A DNA stretch of 64,000 bases. Source: Octopus sinensis (Eukaryota). The position numbers were made by a program, and so were the translations under genes. The notes under the pieces are model-generated. The model was given only the letters and a program-made list of their open reading frames with translations. It was not told the DNA's origin and made no database searches. Each line of letters begins with the position of its first letter. The stretch's first letter is position 1. The stretch lies in the NCBI RefSeq assembly GCF_006345805.1, contig NC_043007.1, positions 11,780,001 through 11,844,000 of the forward strand, read 5' to 3'. Shown here one piece after another: positions 52,415 to 64,000 of the stretch.

Positions 52415-52780
52415 CATTCATCATCATCGTTTAGCGTCCGCTTTCCATGCTAGCATGGGTTGGACAGTTCAACTGTGGTCTGGGAAGCCAGAAGGCTGCA
52501 CCAGCCCAGTTTGATCTGGCAATGTTTCTACGGCTGGATGCCCTTCCTAACGCCAACCACTCCGTGAGTGTAGTGGGTGCTTTTTACGTGCCACCGGCAC
52601 AGGTGCCAGACGAGTCTGGCAAACGGTCACGATCGGATGGTGCTTTTTATGTGCCACTGGCATGGGGGCCAGGCGAGGCTGGCAATGGCCACGAACAGAT
52701 GGTGCCTTTTACATGCCACCGGCACGAGGCCAGTCGGGGCGGCGCTGGCAATGGCCACGAACGGATGGTGCTTTTTACGT
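52415..52780 (-). mobile_element. Family D element with internal ~60-bp tandem units
   Basis: (CAT)n end plus repeated ggtgctttttacgtgccacc units. Confidence 0.85.
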
Positions 52781-53986
52781 GATGTGCTTTTTACATTTTT
52801 TTTTGTTTTTGGTTTTATACATGTAAAAATATCCTCCTCTCTCTCACCCTCGTCTACCATTCATTCATCTTATTGTTTATTCATGTTTCCATTCATCAAA
52901 TTCTCATTCATTTCTTTCGACTCTTCTTTGGTCTCTATCTACTACAAAATCGTCAACAACACAAGTAACTCATTATCTATTCTTATCACAATGCCAATGA
53001 TATTGTCTTGTGCAAAGAACACCTGATGCTTCTCATTTCCACTCACCTTCTTAAAACTTTGCAACTCATTCTACATTCTGAGATTCTTATTAATGGTTTC
53101 TTCCCCTTTTTTCACCTTTTGCACACTTTCCATCTTCATAGTGCTTCTGATGTCAAAATTCAATTGAAGAATTTTACAAATTCAATTGAAGAAATTTTAT
53201 TAAAATGCTATATAATTAATTTTAGGTCACCAACTTACATCATTGTAATATTCACTATAGCCGCTAGTAGATGTCAGTTTAAGGTTAAATGAACTTACAG
53301 CTCTCCAAACATGTACAATACAACCATAAAGTAAGATTTTAGTTATTAAAATCTTTGGTTGGTTTCCTTTAACATGGCAATTATGAATTACCACAGTTGC
53401 TTCTGGAAGTAGGTGTGACTGAATGAATAACTGCTAGTCTTCTTCAAGCAATCTTGCCCAGGCCTGTGCAGACATATACAAGTGCATAGTCAATATTGAC
53501 CAATGGAGGGCATGGCTGTGTGGTTAGGGAGCTTGCTTCTTAGCTATATGGTTTCGGGTTCAGTCCCACCGTGTGGCACTTTGGGCAAGTGTCTTCTGCT
53601 ATAGCCCCAGGCTGACCGAAGCTTTGTGATTGAATTTGGTAGGCGGAAGTTACTGCTGTGTGTGTATATGTGCGTATAGCTGCTTGTGCCTCTCCGAGAG
53701 AGAGAGAGCTAGGGGAGGCCCTAAGATGGTGTTAAGTGAGGGAGAATTTGTCTTTTGTTTTTCCTATTTTTGCTAGTTTAAAAATGTCAGATTTGCCAAA
53801 GGGGAAAATTTGAACTTCAGTATCATCACCATCATTGTTTTAATGTCTATTTTTCCAGACTTGCAAAGATCAGGCAGAGATTATTGAGGCAGATTTTCTA
53901 TGGCTGGATGCCCTTCCTGTCACCTACCCTCACTTGTTTTCAGTAAGGTGGTATTTCCCCATGACCAGACATGTTTTTCCAGAATA

Positions 53987-54397
53987 GGCTTAGGAGTGGC
54001 TGTGTGGTAAGTAGCTTGCTTACCAACTACATGGTTCCAAGTTCAGTCCCACTGCGTTACACCTTTGGCAAGTGTCTTCTACTATAGCCTCGGGTCGAAC
54101 AAAGCCTTGTGAGTGGATTTGGTAGACGGAAACTGAAAGAAGCCCGTCGTATGTATGTATATGTATATATATGTGTGTGTGTGTGTGTTTGTATATCTGT
54201 GTTTGTCCCCTCCCCCCACCCAACATTGCTTGACAACTGATGCTGGTGTGTTTACATCCCCGTAACTTAGCAATTCAGCAAAAGAGATCGATAGAATAAG
54301 TACTAGGCTTCCAAAGAATAAGTTCTTGGGTCGATTTGCTCGATTAAAGGTGGTGCTCCAGCATGGCCGCAGTCAAATGACTGAAACAAGTAAAAGA
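53987..54397 (+). mobile_element. SINE family A
   Basis: Full-length copy. Confidence 0.92.
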
Positions 54398-54569
54398 GAA
54401 TATTGGAAATAAATGTCTCTGCTTCTTCTTTATCCCTTTCATATCATACACACACACACAGTCATGTGTACACACACATGCACACATGCGGTCATACACC
54501 ACACACACACACACACACACACAGTCAAAGGACTAAAACAAGTAAAAGAGTAAAAAAAAGGTGTAAAAG

Positions 54570-55110
54570 AGTAGGATGATGGTGATAGTGGGGATATACC
54601 CATGGGCTAGTCATAGTTTTAAGCTTAACTTTTAAAATCTCAGCTATTGTTTCTGTCAGTAACTTTTGAGAGAATGCAGGAAATGCTGTTAATTGGATGA
54701 AAGTAGAGTGTCTTGTTCAAAATAAAGGAAAGAGAGAGCTAGGTCGAGATGAAGCGATGATGTACATGGAGGAAATTAAGGGGAAAAAATGTGAAGTTTA
54801 CAGTTGTCAATAGCTCTTGATATTAGCACTGATGAACTTGGAGGAAATTGGGGAAGTGGCGAGGTTTTTAAAGGACTCAATTGCAGAAGGTTATCTATGT
54901 AAGGAATTCTGGCAACTAGCTTGGAAAAGTTTGGATAGATTCCATAGCAAGACAAGTCAGTTCAGGAAAGGTAATGTTTTACTTTGCCAAACATCTTGCT
55001 AATGTCGAGTGCAAATGCTATGATTTGGCAGCTGGACCACTTGCAGGTGAACTATTTCAATATTATGGAGAAAAGCAGAAGATCATTAAGAAGCAAGCTT
55101 TCACTTGTAT
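54570..55110 (-). mobile_element. Decayed LINE reverse-transcriptase fragment
   Basis: Minus frame IAFALDISKMFGKVKH resembles the RT motif LDISKAFDRVWH; stops present. Confidence 0.65.
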
Positions 55111-55434
55111 TTAGAAAGCAAAGAGCAAAAGTGCACACACACACGCATGCATACACACATACACACACTCATATTTACATATATATAATTGTATTGTGTA
55201 TTTTCTTATTCTATCTTTTCTTTTCATCTTCTGTCTCTGTTTTTTTTTTACCTTATGATTCCTCTTCTTCTTCTTTATCCCTTTCATATCATACACACAC
55301 ACACACAGTCATGTGTATACACACAGTCATACACACACACATGCACACATGCGGTCATACACACACACTCTCACATGCACACAAGTTACACTTTGGTTAA
55401 GTCATGATTTTGTGACTTAATTTTTTTATTTTCA

Positions 55435-55862
55435 TTTACTCTATTACTTGTTTCAGTCATTTGACTGTGGCCATGCTGGAGCACCACCTTTAGTCTAGCA
55501 AATCAACCCCAGGACTTATTCTAGTACTTATTCTATCAGTCTCTTTTGCTGAACCGATAAGTTACAGGGACGTAAACACACCAGCATCAGTTGTCAAACG
55601 ATGTTGGGGGGGACAAACACAGACATACAAACATACACACACACACACACACATATATATACATATACATATATATGACGGGCTTCTTTCAGTTTCCATC
55701 TACCAAATCTACTCACAGGGCTTTGGTCGGCCTGAGGCTATAGTAAAAGACACTTGTGCAAGATGCCACACAGTGGGACTGAACCCAGAACCATGTGGTT
55801 GGTAGGCAAGCTACTTACCACACAGCCACTCCCAAGCCTGTCCACACAGCCACTCCTAACGC
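55435..55862 (-). mobile_element. SINE family A
   Basis: Full-length copy with a duplicated head end. Confidence 0.9.
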
Positions 55863-56332
55863 CTATAACTTAGTTTCCAAAACTTCCTGTCTATAACTTA
55901 GTTTCCAGAAGTTATCATATTTGATAGCACAAAAGACCCGCAGGCTTTTTAAACACACCCCATTTTCAGCTGCACGTCTTCGAGGAACAGTTTGGAGTAC
56001 ATTAAAGTATTTTATGGGATGCCCAACTTTGCATGTAGGACATGGGGTAATTTCGTTTTTTTGGTGGTAGTGGAGAGAGATGTGTTTTATACACCATCAA
56101 ATGTGGAAGGCTTGTGGCCTAGTGGCTAGGGGGTGTTGTGCTCAGATTGATTGCATGTTGTGTTCTTGAGCAAAATACTTCATTTCATGTTGCCCCCATC
56201 TATTCAGCAGTAAATTGGTACCCCTGCAATGGACTAGCGTTCAAATCAGGGAGAATGCTGGCTTGCTCACTTAGCTCATAGAGTGGCATCATTCAAAGGC
56301 TGAAACAATGCGAAGCACACTGCGACCAGTAA

Positions 56333-56698
56333 TCATCATCATCATCATCATCATCATCGTTTAACGTCCGTTCTCCATGCTAGCATGGGTTGGACGGTTC
56401 GACCGGGAATCTGGGAAGCCAGAAGGCTGCTCCAGGCTCCAGTCTGATCTGGCAGAGTTTCTACGGCTGGATACCCACCTAACGCCAACCACTCCGCGAG
56501 TGTAGTGGGTGCTTTTTACGTGCCACCTGCACTGGTGCCAGGCGAGGCTGGCATCGGCAACGGTCGGATTGGTGCATTTTACGTGCCACCTGCACGGAAG
56601 CCAGTCGAGGCGGCACTGGCTTCGGCCACGATTCGGATGGTGCTTTTTACGTGCCGCCGACACGGAAGCCAGTCGAGGCGGCGCTGGCATCGGCCCGG
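56333..56698 (-). mobile_element. Family D element (young) with GC-rich tandem units
   Basis: Near-identical to 63335-63760. Confidence 0.88.
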
Positions 56699-56799
56699 CG
56701 CTGTATAACAAAACCCAAAAGTCTGGTTGGTACCTCAATATGCCATCACATATGCTAAGAAAACCATCTTGTACAAGGAGTGAGCAATTGCTTGTAAGG

Positions 56800-57032
56800 A
56801 AGGCGGCGACCTGGCAGAAACGTTAGCACGCCGGGCGAAATGCGTAGCCGTATATCGTCTGCCGCTACGTTCTGGGTTCAAATTCCGCCGAGGTCCACTT
56901 TGCCTTTCATCCTTTCGGGGTCGATAAATTAAGTACCAGTTACGCACTGGGGTCGATGTAATCAACTTAATACCTATGTCTGTCCTTGTTTGTCCCTTCT
57001 GTGTTTAGCCCCTTGTGGGCAGTAAAGAAATA
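56800..57032 (+). mobile_element. SINE family B (young)
   Basis: CpG-rich full copy. Confidence 0.92.
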
Positions 57033-57822
57033 GCTTGTAATTTAAGGAAACCTGATACTTAATAAATATGTCTATAACATAATTTCTTACTAATTTCTTA
57101 ACTTGAATCAAAGCAAGCATTAAATGAATCTTAATTCATCATTTATGTTTGTCAAGTGTAAATATAATTAGGGTTTTTTTTTTTTTTCTGGTTTTTTAAT
57201 TAAGTTAACAAATTTTCTTTTAATTAAACTGTTTGAAATATTTTAAAATATTCCTGTTTTGTAAGAAACGACTAGATATAATTTTAATTATCTTAACTTC
57301 ATTTAATCTGAAATCTTATTTTATATTCCCATCCAAAAGTGTGTGTGTGTTTTTGTGTGTGTGTGTTTGTATGTATACGTACACATATTGATATAAATTG
57401 AAATTTTTGCTCAGAATTCGTTCGCTTGCCAATCGCAAACAGTTCATTTAGGTGTGGCTGTTTTTATTATACAGAATCAAAATAAAAGTGAGGATTTTTA
57501 AACAACTATATGGAAACATTTTAAAAATCCAATCAACAAAATATTATTTAATTTAAATCAAGATTAATTAAGCATGCTTCTAACAAAAGCATCAAGAAAA
57601 TATAGAATAGGTCACAAAATGTAAATATGGAAACTGGCTTCTAAAGTACACCAGATTTCTTGGCTTCAGTTAAAATAGTAAAAATATAAGTTTCTTGGAG
57701 ATCTTACATCATAGATTTTCATTGCTTCGTACATTTTGGTTTCTTCTAAATTTAGCAAATGCTTATCTGTCTTAATCTTTATACAATCCAGTACATGTAT
57801 GTGACTTCATGGTATTGTTTTA

Positions 57823-58255
57823 TACTCTTTACTCTCTTTTACTCTTTTACTTGTTTCAGTCATTTGACTGCGGCCATGCTGGAGCACCGCCTTTAGTCGA
57901 GCAAATTGACCCCAGGATTTATTCTTTGTAAGCCTAGTACTTATTCTATCGGTCTCTATAGCCTCGGGCCGACCAAAGCCTTGTGAGCGAATCTGGTAGA
58001 CAGAAACTGAAAGAAACCCATCGTATATATGTATATGTGTGTGTGTGTTAGTGTTTCTGTGTTTGTCCCCCCCCCCAACATCGCTTGACAACCGATGCTG
58101 GCGTGTTTATGTCCCCGTAACTTAGTGGTTCGGCAAAAGAGACCAATAGAATAAGTACTAGGCTTACAAAGAATAAGTCCTGGGGTTAATTTGCTTGAGT
58201 AAAGGCGGTGCTCCAGCATGGCCGCAGTCAAATGACTGAAACAAGTAAAAAGAGT
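57823..58255. mobile_element. Rearranged SINE A: inverted 3' end fused to a 5'-truncated plus copy
   Basis: 57835-57956 is the reverse complement of 58139-58255; junction GGTCTC|TATAGCC. Confidence 0.88.
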
Positions 58256-59555
58256 GTATGTGTGTGTGTGTGTGTGCATGTGTGTGTGTGTGTGTATGTG
58301 TGTGTGTGTTTGTCTTCCACCACTCCCCAGCAACCAGTGTTGCTGTTTTTATGTCCCTGTAACGTAGCAGTTCAGCAAAAGAGATTGATAAAACAAGTAC
58401 TAGGCTTTAAAAAAAAAGTAAAGAAGTACTAGAGCCGATTCATTCAATTAAAAAGACATTCTTCAAGGCAGTACCCCAGAATGGTTGCAGTCTAATGATA
58501 ATGATAAAGTAAAAGATAACCTGAAAAGGTAGAAGACAATACATCTGGGACTACATTATCCAGTGTCACTCTTTTTAAGACAGTAGTTTGTGACTTGGCT
58601 GCTATTTCTAGCTGGCTGAATAATCACATCACATAGAAGTTTCCTTGATAACTCGAAAAAACAAAACAAATTTACTATAAAATGATGAGAAGTGAGGGGA
58701 TTCTTTAAGCAATAGAAGGGCCACAACCCCTCCCTCCATGTCTCGCCTTTACTTTCTCCCTCTCTCTCTCTCTCTCTCTCTCTCACCCTCTCTCTCTCTT
58801 CTTCATTCTCTCCTCTCTCAAACTAGGGCAGCCATGTATGTCCTCTACAGCAAGATACCTGTCTCTGTCCCTTTATTATACTTTAACCCCTCATCACATG
58901 ACACAAAGCCACCTTCCTTAATACTAATCCCTCACCCCCATTTGAAGGGTCTTTGTCTTGCAAGTTGCTTGGAGACCTCACTAGTGCTGGTGCCACATAA
59001 AAAAAGCACCCAGTACACTCTGCCAAGTGATTGGCATTAGGAAAGGTGTCCACCTGTAGAAAATCATACTAAAGTGGACGCTCAACCTTAGCGCATTCCT
59101 CTGGCTTGCCAGCTCTCGGCAGACCGTCCAACCCATGCCAGCAACGAAAAGCAAACGTTAGATTACGATAGTAATGATAATGAAGGTGAATTAGATTAGT
59201 AACTGAAGTTTTCAACTGAAAATAGTGTTTTTTAGTCCAGTCAATATACCACGCTGTCTTGGTATGTTGTTAGTCTTCTTACAGTTCCACTAATTATTAC
59301 TAATCAATCATCTTTCTCTTCACCATCGTCGTCATCATCATCATCATCATCATCATCCTCACCATGGTGTTCGTTATCGAAACATAGCCTGAGATAGATT
59401 TGAGCGTATTCGATTACTTAGGTCCATGTCACTTTGCCCTAATCCATTTCTCACCTTTGAATCTCACCTGTGAGTTCAGTTAATTAGATCAGCTAGCTAA
59501 CTCTTTCCCCGCCTTCTCCCTCTCTCTTTTTCTCTCTTTCCTACTCTCTCCTTTG

Positions 59556-59587
<32 letters not shown>

Positions 59588-61196
59588 CTGCCCCACCACC
59601 ACCACTTTTCTTCTCTGTCTTTTTCTCTTGCTCTTTCCTCTCTCTCCCCATCTCCTTTCTCTTTTCATCACTCTCTCTCATCCCTCTTCCTTTCTCCCTT
59701 TCCCCCTCCCCCCCCCTCTGTGTCTGATCTGCAATATGTACCTTCACTATAACACAATTAAATTTTATATCAGTGGTGCTTGATCACCCACATAACAACA
59801 ACAGAACAAAACATGATTTCCTGAAGGAGGTTAAGAAGGGAATTGCTCTCATCATGCATTTGTCTTCAGCTCCCGGTCAACTCATCTCAAGTATAAACAC
59901 TTTACCTTATCACCACATTACTGGTTTAGCAATTTGGTCAGTCAACCAGTGAGCATTCCTGACTGATATCATATCTCATGTAGCTGGTTTCTCAACAACA
60001 GTGAATCCACCGTTCAGGTACACTGAAAAATATACACCAGGGGATCCGTGTGGTCTTTGGGAGTCCATGGAAGATTTTGCTGTTAAAATTTATGTACTAT
60101 AAATTGCTTATATTTCTATGATACATTTCATTTATATTGGGTTGTCCAGAAAGTTTGTGCCGGTTTATAGTCTTGCAAGTGGATTTGAGAGATGGAAACT
60201 GAAAGAAGCCCATCATGTGTGTATGTTTGTGAACACATACCTTTGTACCCTTATCCTCACATCGCTTGGTGGTTGTAAAAAGAGGGTTATCATCATACAT
60301 GTGATGTTGTTTGCTTCTAGTTTTTCATGGGAAAACATGTCTTGTTCTGTGGAAGTATATTACTTTGCATGGAAACAGATGAATGTTGGTGATTGGAAGA
60401 GCATCCATCCATAGAAAATCTACCTTAACAAATGCCATCTGACCCATGCTAGCATAAAAAATGGACGTCAGTAGATGATGATGCTCATCATCCTTTTCTC
60501 CTTCTTCTCCCTCTTCTTCTTCTTTTTTCTTCTTCCTCTTCTTTTTCTTTTCTTCTTCTTTTTCTTTTCTTCTTCTTTTTCTTTTCTTCTTCTTTTTCTT
60601 TTCTTCTTCTTTTTCTTTTCTTCTTCTTCTTCCTCTTCTTCTTCTTCTTCTAATTTTACATTTTACATTTTAGATTGGCGGGTGATGCATTCAAATCTTT
60701 ACTACCATGGCCTATGGTCATACGAACTTATGGTCAGAAAAAGTTAAAATGTTTTCCTTCATCATGATCTTTGTTTTGTTTGATTTTTTTTTTCTTCTTT
60801 TACATGGGAAAAGAAATACATAAGAAAATGTCTTTTTGGTCTAAAAGTGAAAACTTTCGAGACCAATCATTATATTGATCATGTTAAGATCAATATAATG
60901 TTATAGTGAACCAACCTTAACAAGATCAATGATAAATTTTGAAGTTAAGAATAAGCTTAAAACCTAAGAACATACACCAGTCAATAAAATTTTTCTTCTT
61001 CATCGGATCACTTTGTGATGTAATGGTTTCAACATTCCTGCAAAATTGGTACTTAACAACAATATTAATAATAATAAGTTCTGTATTAGTAATGCAATTT
61101 AAGATATGATGAGTGTAGTTCAATGGGCATTAACTCACACAAGCATTGAAAAACAAAACACACACATTAATGTGGCGATGGGTGTTTGCAATGTTT

Positions 61197-61490
61197 TTAC
61201 AAAGTTTGTATCTGTTTTCGCTTCCATTTACACTGAATACCATTTAAAATAACATTCTCTGGTTTCTTCTGTAGAGCTAGATCTACAGATTTCATGTCAT
61301 ACAGGAAAGATCTCTTGCCCTTTACATCAGTAAAACCTTTGACCGCAGCTGACATGAGAAGCTCCTCGCTAAGTTATTCATCTTCAGCTTCCATCTTTAA
61401 GATCAGAGGAAGTTTCTTGTCAGATTGCTTCATTGCAGCATGAACTAATGGCAGGTGGGGGTTGGTGGGGGCTTTTCTGATCCTTATCAT
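61197..61490 (-). pseudogene. Coding-like frame with one internal TAA, unknown origin (alternatively a plus-strand exon 61275-61454)
   Basis: MIRIRKAPTNPHLPLVHAAMKQSDKKLPLILKMEAEDE*LSEELLMSAAVKGFTDVKGKRSFLYDMKSVDLALQKKPENVILNGIQCKWKRKQIQTL*. Confidence 0.35.
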
Positions 61491-61992
61491 CTCTGTTCTT
61501 CCTCAAACTTTGATTGTTTCCTCACACTTTTCCTTCCCCACATATTATTAAACCTATTCTTACTCGCTTTTTAAGAACGCATCTAGGAAGATGATAGGTG
61601 CAATAACCACAAGCTTACCTGTGTAGTTAAGAGGCTTGCTTCCCAACCATCTAACCTTGGTTTCAATCCCACTGTGAGCACCTTGGACGAGTATGTTCTA
61701 CTCTAGTCCACTCCCAAATCATTGGTCAGTCTGGGGCTACAGTAGAAGGCATTAGCCAAGGTGCCACATAGTGGGCCTGAAGCTGAAACCATATGGTTGG
61801 CCAGCAAACTTCATATATCACAGCTACACCTGCACTAATCACTCATTCTCATTTAATTGTATATATTTTAATTGTTTATTTATTCATATGTTTCGTCTCA
61901 TTCGATACCCTGACCCCATTGTTTGTTTTGTCTGTCCTCGTATCGTCCCCTCTTTTTCTCAACCTTATGGTGAATAAAGAAATGCTCTCTCT

Positions 61993-62050
<58 letters not shown>

Positions 62051-62084
62051 TAAGTATCTGTGTTGATATCTATGTATATGGTCT

Positions 62085-62403
62085 GGTTCTGTGTCAGTTG
62101 CGATGAGGGATCCAGTTGATCTGATCAGTGGAACAGCCTGCTTAGGAAACTAATATACAAGTGGGTGAGCACTCCACAGATATGCGTAACCTTTCACATA
62201 GTTCTCGGGGAAATTTAGCATGACACAGAGTGTGACAAGGCTGGCCCTTTGAAAAACAGGTACAACTCATTTTTACCAGCTGAGTGGACTGGAGTAACGT
62301 GAAATAAAGTGTCTTGCTCAAGGACACAATGCGTCGCCAGGAATCGAACTCACAACCTTACAATCATGAACCAAATGCCCTAATCACCAAACCATGTTCC
62401 TTC
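62085..62403 (-). mobile_element. SINE family E (tRNA-like head, CCTTGAGCAAGACACTTT domain)
   Basis: A partial copy also lies at about 18120-18265. Confidence 0.8.
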
Positions 62404-62477
62404 ATGCATATATGACATGTATATATGTATATATGATGTATATATGACATGTGTATACGTATTTTTTTTTTATGCCC

Positions 62478-62775
62478 TTTTCAAGCCTAGCCAGGCTCAT
62501 GGGCCCAGTTTCCCGGTTTCTGTGGCATATGTGTTCCCCCGCGGCTGGACGGGATGCCAGTCCATCGCAGCGTTACTCAAGAAACAGGAAGAAAGAGTGA
62601 GAGAAAGTTGAAGCAAAAAAGTACAACAGGGGTCGCCACCACCCTCTGCTGGAGCCTCGTGGAGCTTTAGGTGTTTTCACTCAATAAACACACACAACGC
62701 CTGGTCTGGGAATTGAAACTGCAATCCTCTGACCGCAAATCTGCTGCCCTAACCACTGGGCCATTGCGTCTCCGT
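62478..62775 (-). mobile_element. SINE family F (head GGAGACGCAATGGCCCAGTGGTTAGGG)
   Basis: A-box/B-box-like head, body with GGACTGGCATCCCGTCCAG; single copy in the window. Confidence 0.7.
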
Positions 62776-62786
62776 ATATACGTATA

Positions 62787-63248
62787 TAATAATAATAATA
62801 ATGAAATTATTGTATACAGTGCTCAAGTGCACCACAACTTGTCAAAAGTGCATATAAAGCATATGCAGTAATGTACAAATGTCTGGGAAGTGAACAGTGT
62901 ATGAGTCAGATACAAGCTTGCATGTGTATGGAGGGGAGAAAATCAGGTGTAGTGTTGGTGAATCTCAGGAAGCATGGAAGTTTTGAAGGATGCAGTACTC
63001 CAACAACTAACAACTGATGCTGGCAGTTTGTTCCATACTTCAGCAACTCCTAGCATGAAAAATGTTTCCGAAAGTCATGGGAGCTGTGCTGTTTTCTGAC
63101 TTTGTAACATATCCACGGGTGTTAGACAGATGGAGTTTGAAAAGGTGCTCAGAGTTATTGTTTGTAAGATGGTTAATAATTTTATGGGTGTCTGCCAAGT
63201 CATTTGCCAAATGTTGGAGTTTGAATGTATCCATGCCCAGGGAAGTAA
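62787..63248 (-). mobile_element. CR1/L2-clade LINE 3' end
   Basis: HKIINHL...NTRG / DFRKHFFMLGVAEVWNKLPASVV...ASFK motifs with frameshifts, (TTA)n tail. Confidence 0.8.
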
Positions 63249-63306
63249 GGTGTTATATGACGTATATATGATGTATATATGTATATATAACATGTATGTA
63301 TGTATG

Positions 63307-63334
<28 letters not shown>

Positions 63335-63337
<3 letters not shown>

Positions 63338-63760
63338 CATCATCATCATCATCGTTTAACGGCCATTCTCCATGCTAGCATGGGTTGGACGGTTCGACCG
63401 GGGATCTGGGAAGCCAGAAGGCTGCACCAGGCTCCAGTCTTATCTGGCAATGTTTCTACAGCTGGATGCCCTTCCTAACGCCAACCACCCCGTGAGTGTA
63501 GTGGGTGTTTTTTACGTGCCACCTGCACTGGTGCCAGGCGAGGCTGGCATCGGCCACAGTCGGATTGGTGCATTTTACGTGCCACCTGCACGGAAGCCAG
63601 TCGAGGCGGCACTGGCTTCGGCCACGATTCGGATGGTGCTTTTTACGTGCCACCAACACGGAAGCCAGTTGAGGCGGCGCTGGCATCGGCCACGATTCGG
63701 ATAGTGCTTTTTACGTATCTCCAGTCCAGGGGTCCTGGCATCTGCCGGGTGCCAGTCATA
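63335..63760 (-). mobile_element. Family D element (young) with GC-rich tandem units
   Basis: Near-identical to 56333-56698. Confidence 0.88.
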
Positions 63761-64000
63761 GGACATGTATATATGTATATATGACATATACACAAAACAG
63801 GATTCATTGCACTGTCTTGGCTCTAGGCTGCTATTTCAAGCTAAAAATGGCATCAGTTTGCTTGTGCATATGCACTGTATAACTAACTAGAAGGAAGTCC
63901 AAACGGAAACTAACTATTTTTTTCTTTTTAACTACTTGTGAGATACTTGTAACCTTGCTCTCAAATAAGTCATATGCTCTGCTGTACATGTCAGATAATT

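Noticed and set aside
56500-56700. Regular ~60-bp GC-rich repeats as a CRISPR-like array
   Set aside because: Units are contiguous diverged tandem repeats without unique spacers, inside a eukaryotic retroelement
60475-60660. Hydrophobic F/S/L-rich ORF
   Set aside because: Translation of a (TTC)n/CT low-complexity tract; the same applies to 10519-10752, 39581-39979 and 59489-59783

Overview
This is AT-rich, repeat-saturated animal genomic DNA. The SINE-like families and microsatellite load match what I recognise as Octopus; that assignment is inferred, not searched. There is no long ORF and no recognisable protein-coding gene, rRNA, true tRNA gene or CRISPR array. Nearly all ORFs in the track are artefacts of (TA)/(CA)/(CT) microsatellites or SINE bodies. 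Identifiable content: more than 30 tRNA-head SINE copies from about 5 families (labelled A, B, C, E, F here), many (GAT)n-tailed RTE-type non-autonomous elements (D), decayed RTE and CR1/L2 LINE fragments, and piggyBac-, mariner- and pogo/Tc2-like MITEs. A compact bidirectional promoter-like site lies at about 2.9-3.14 kb, and several weak candidate exons occur on both strands. The most interesting signal is two minimal type-I hammerhead ribozyme motifs with short palindromic helix III (38862-38924 minus, 41441-41483 plus), each inside a small inverted-repeat element, plus a probable decayed third at 43728-43773. Also notable are local duplications (one with a 67-bp identical core around an ATG plus splice donor), a 136-bp near-perfect palindrome and a 39/78-bp higher-order minisatellite. 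All gene calls are low-confidence hypotheses, and repeat boundaries are approximate unless a TSD or TIR is quoted.
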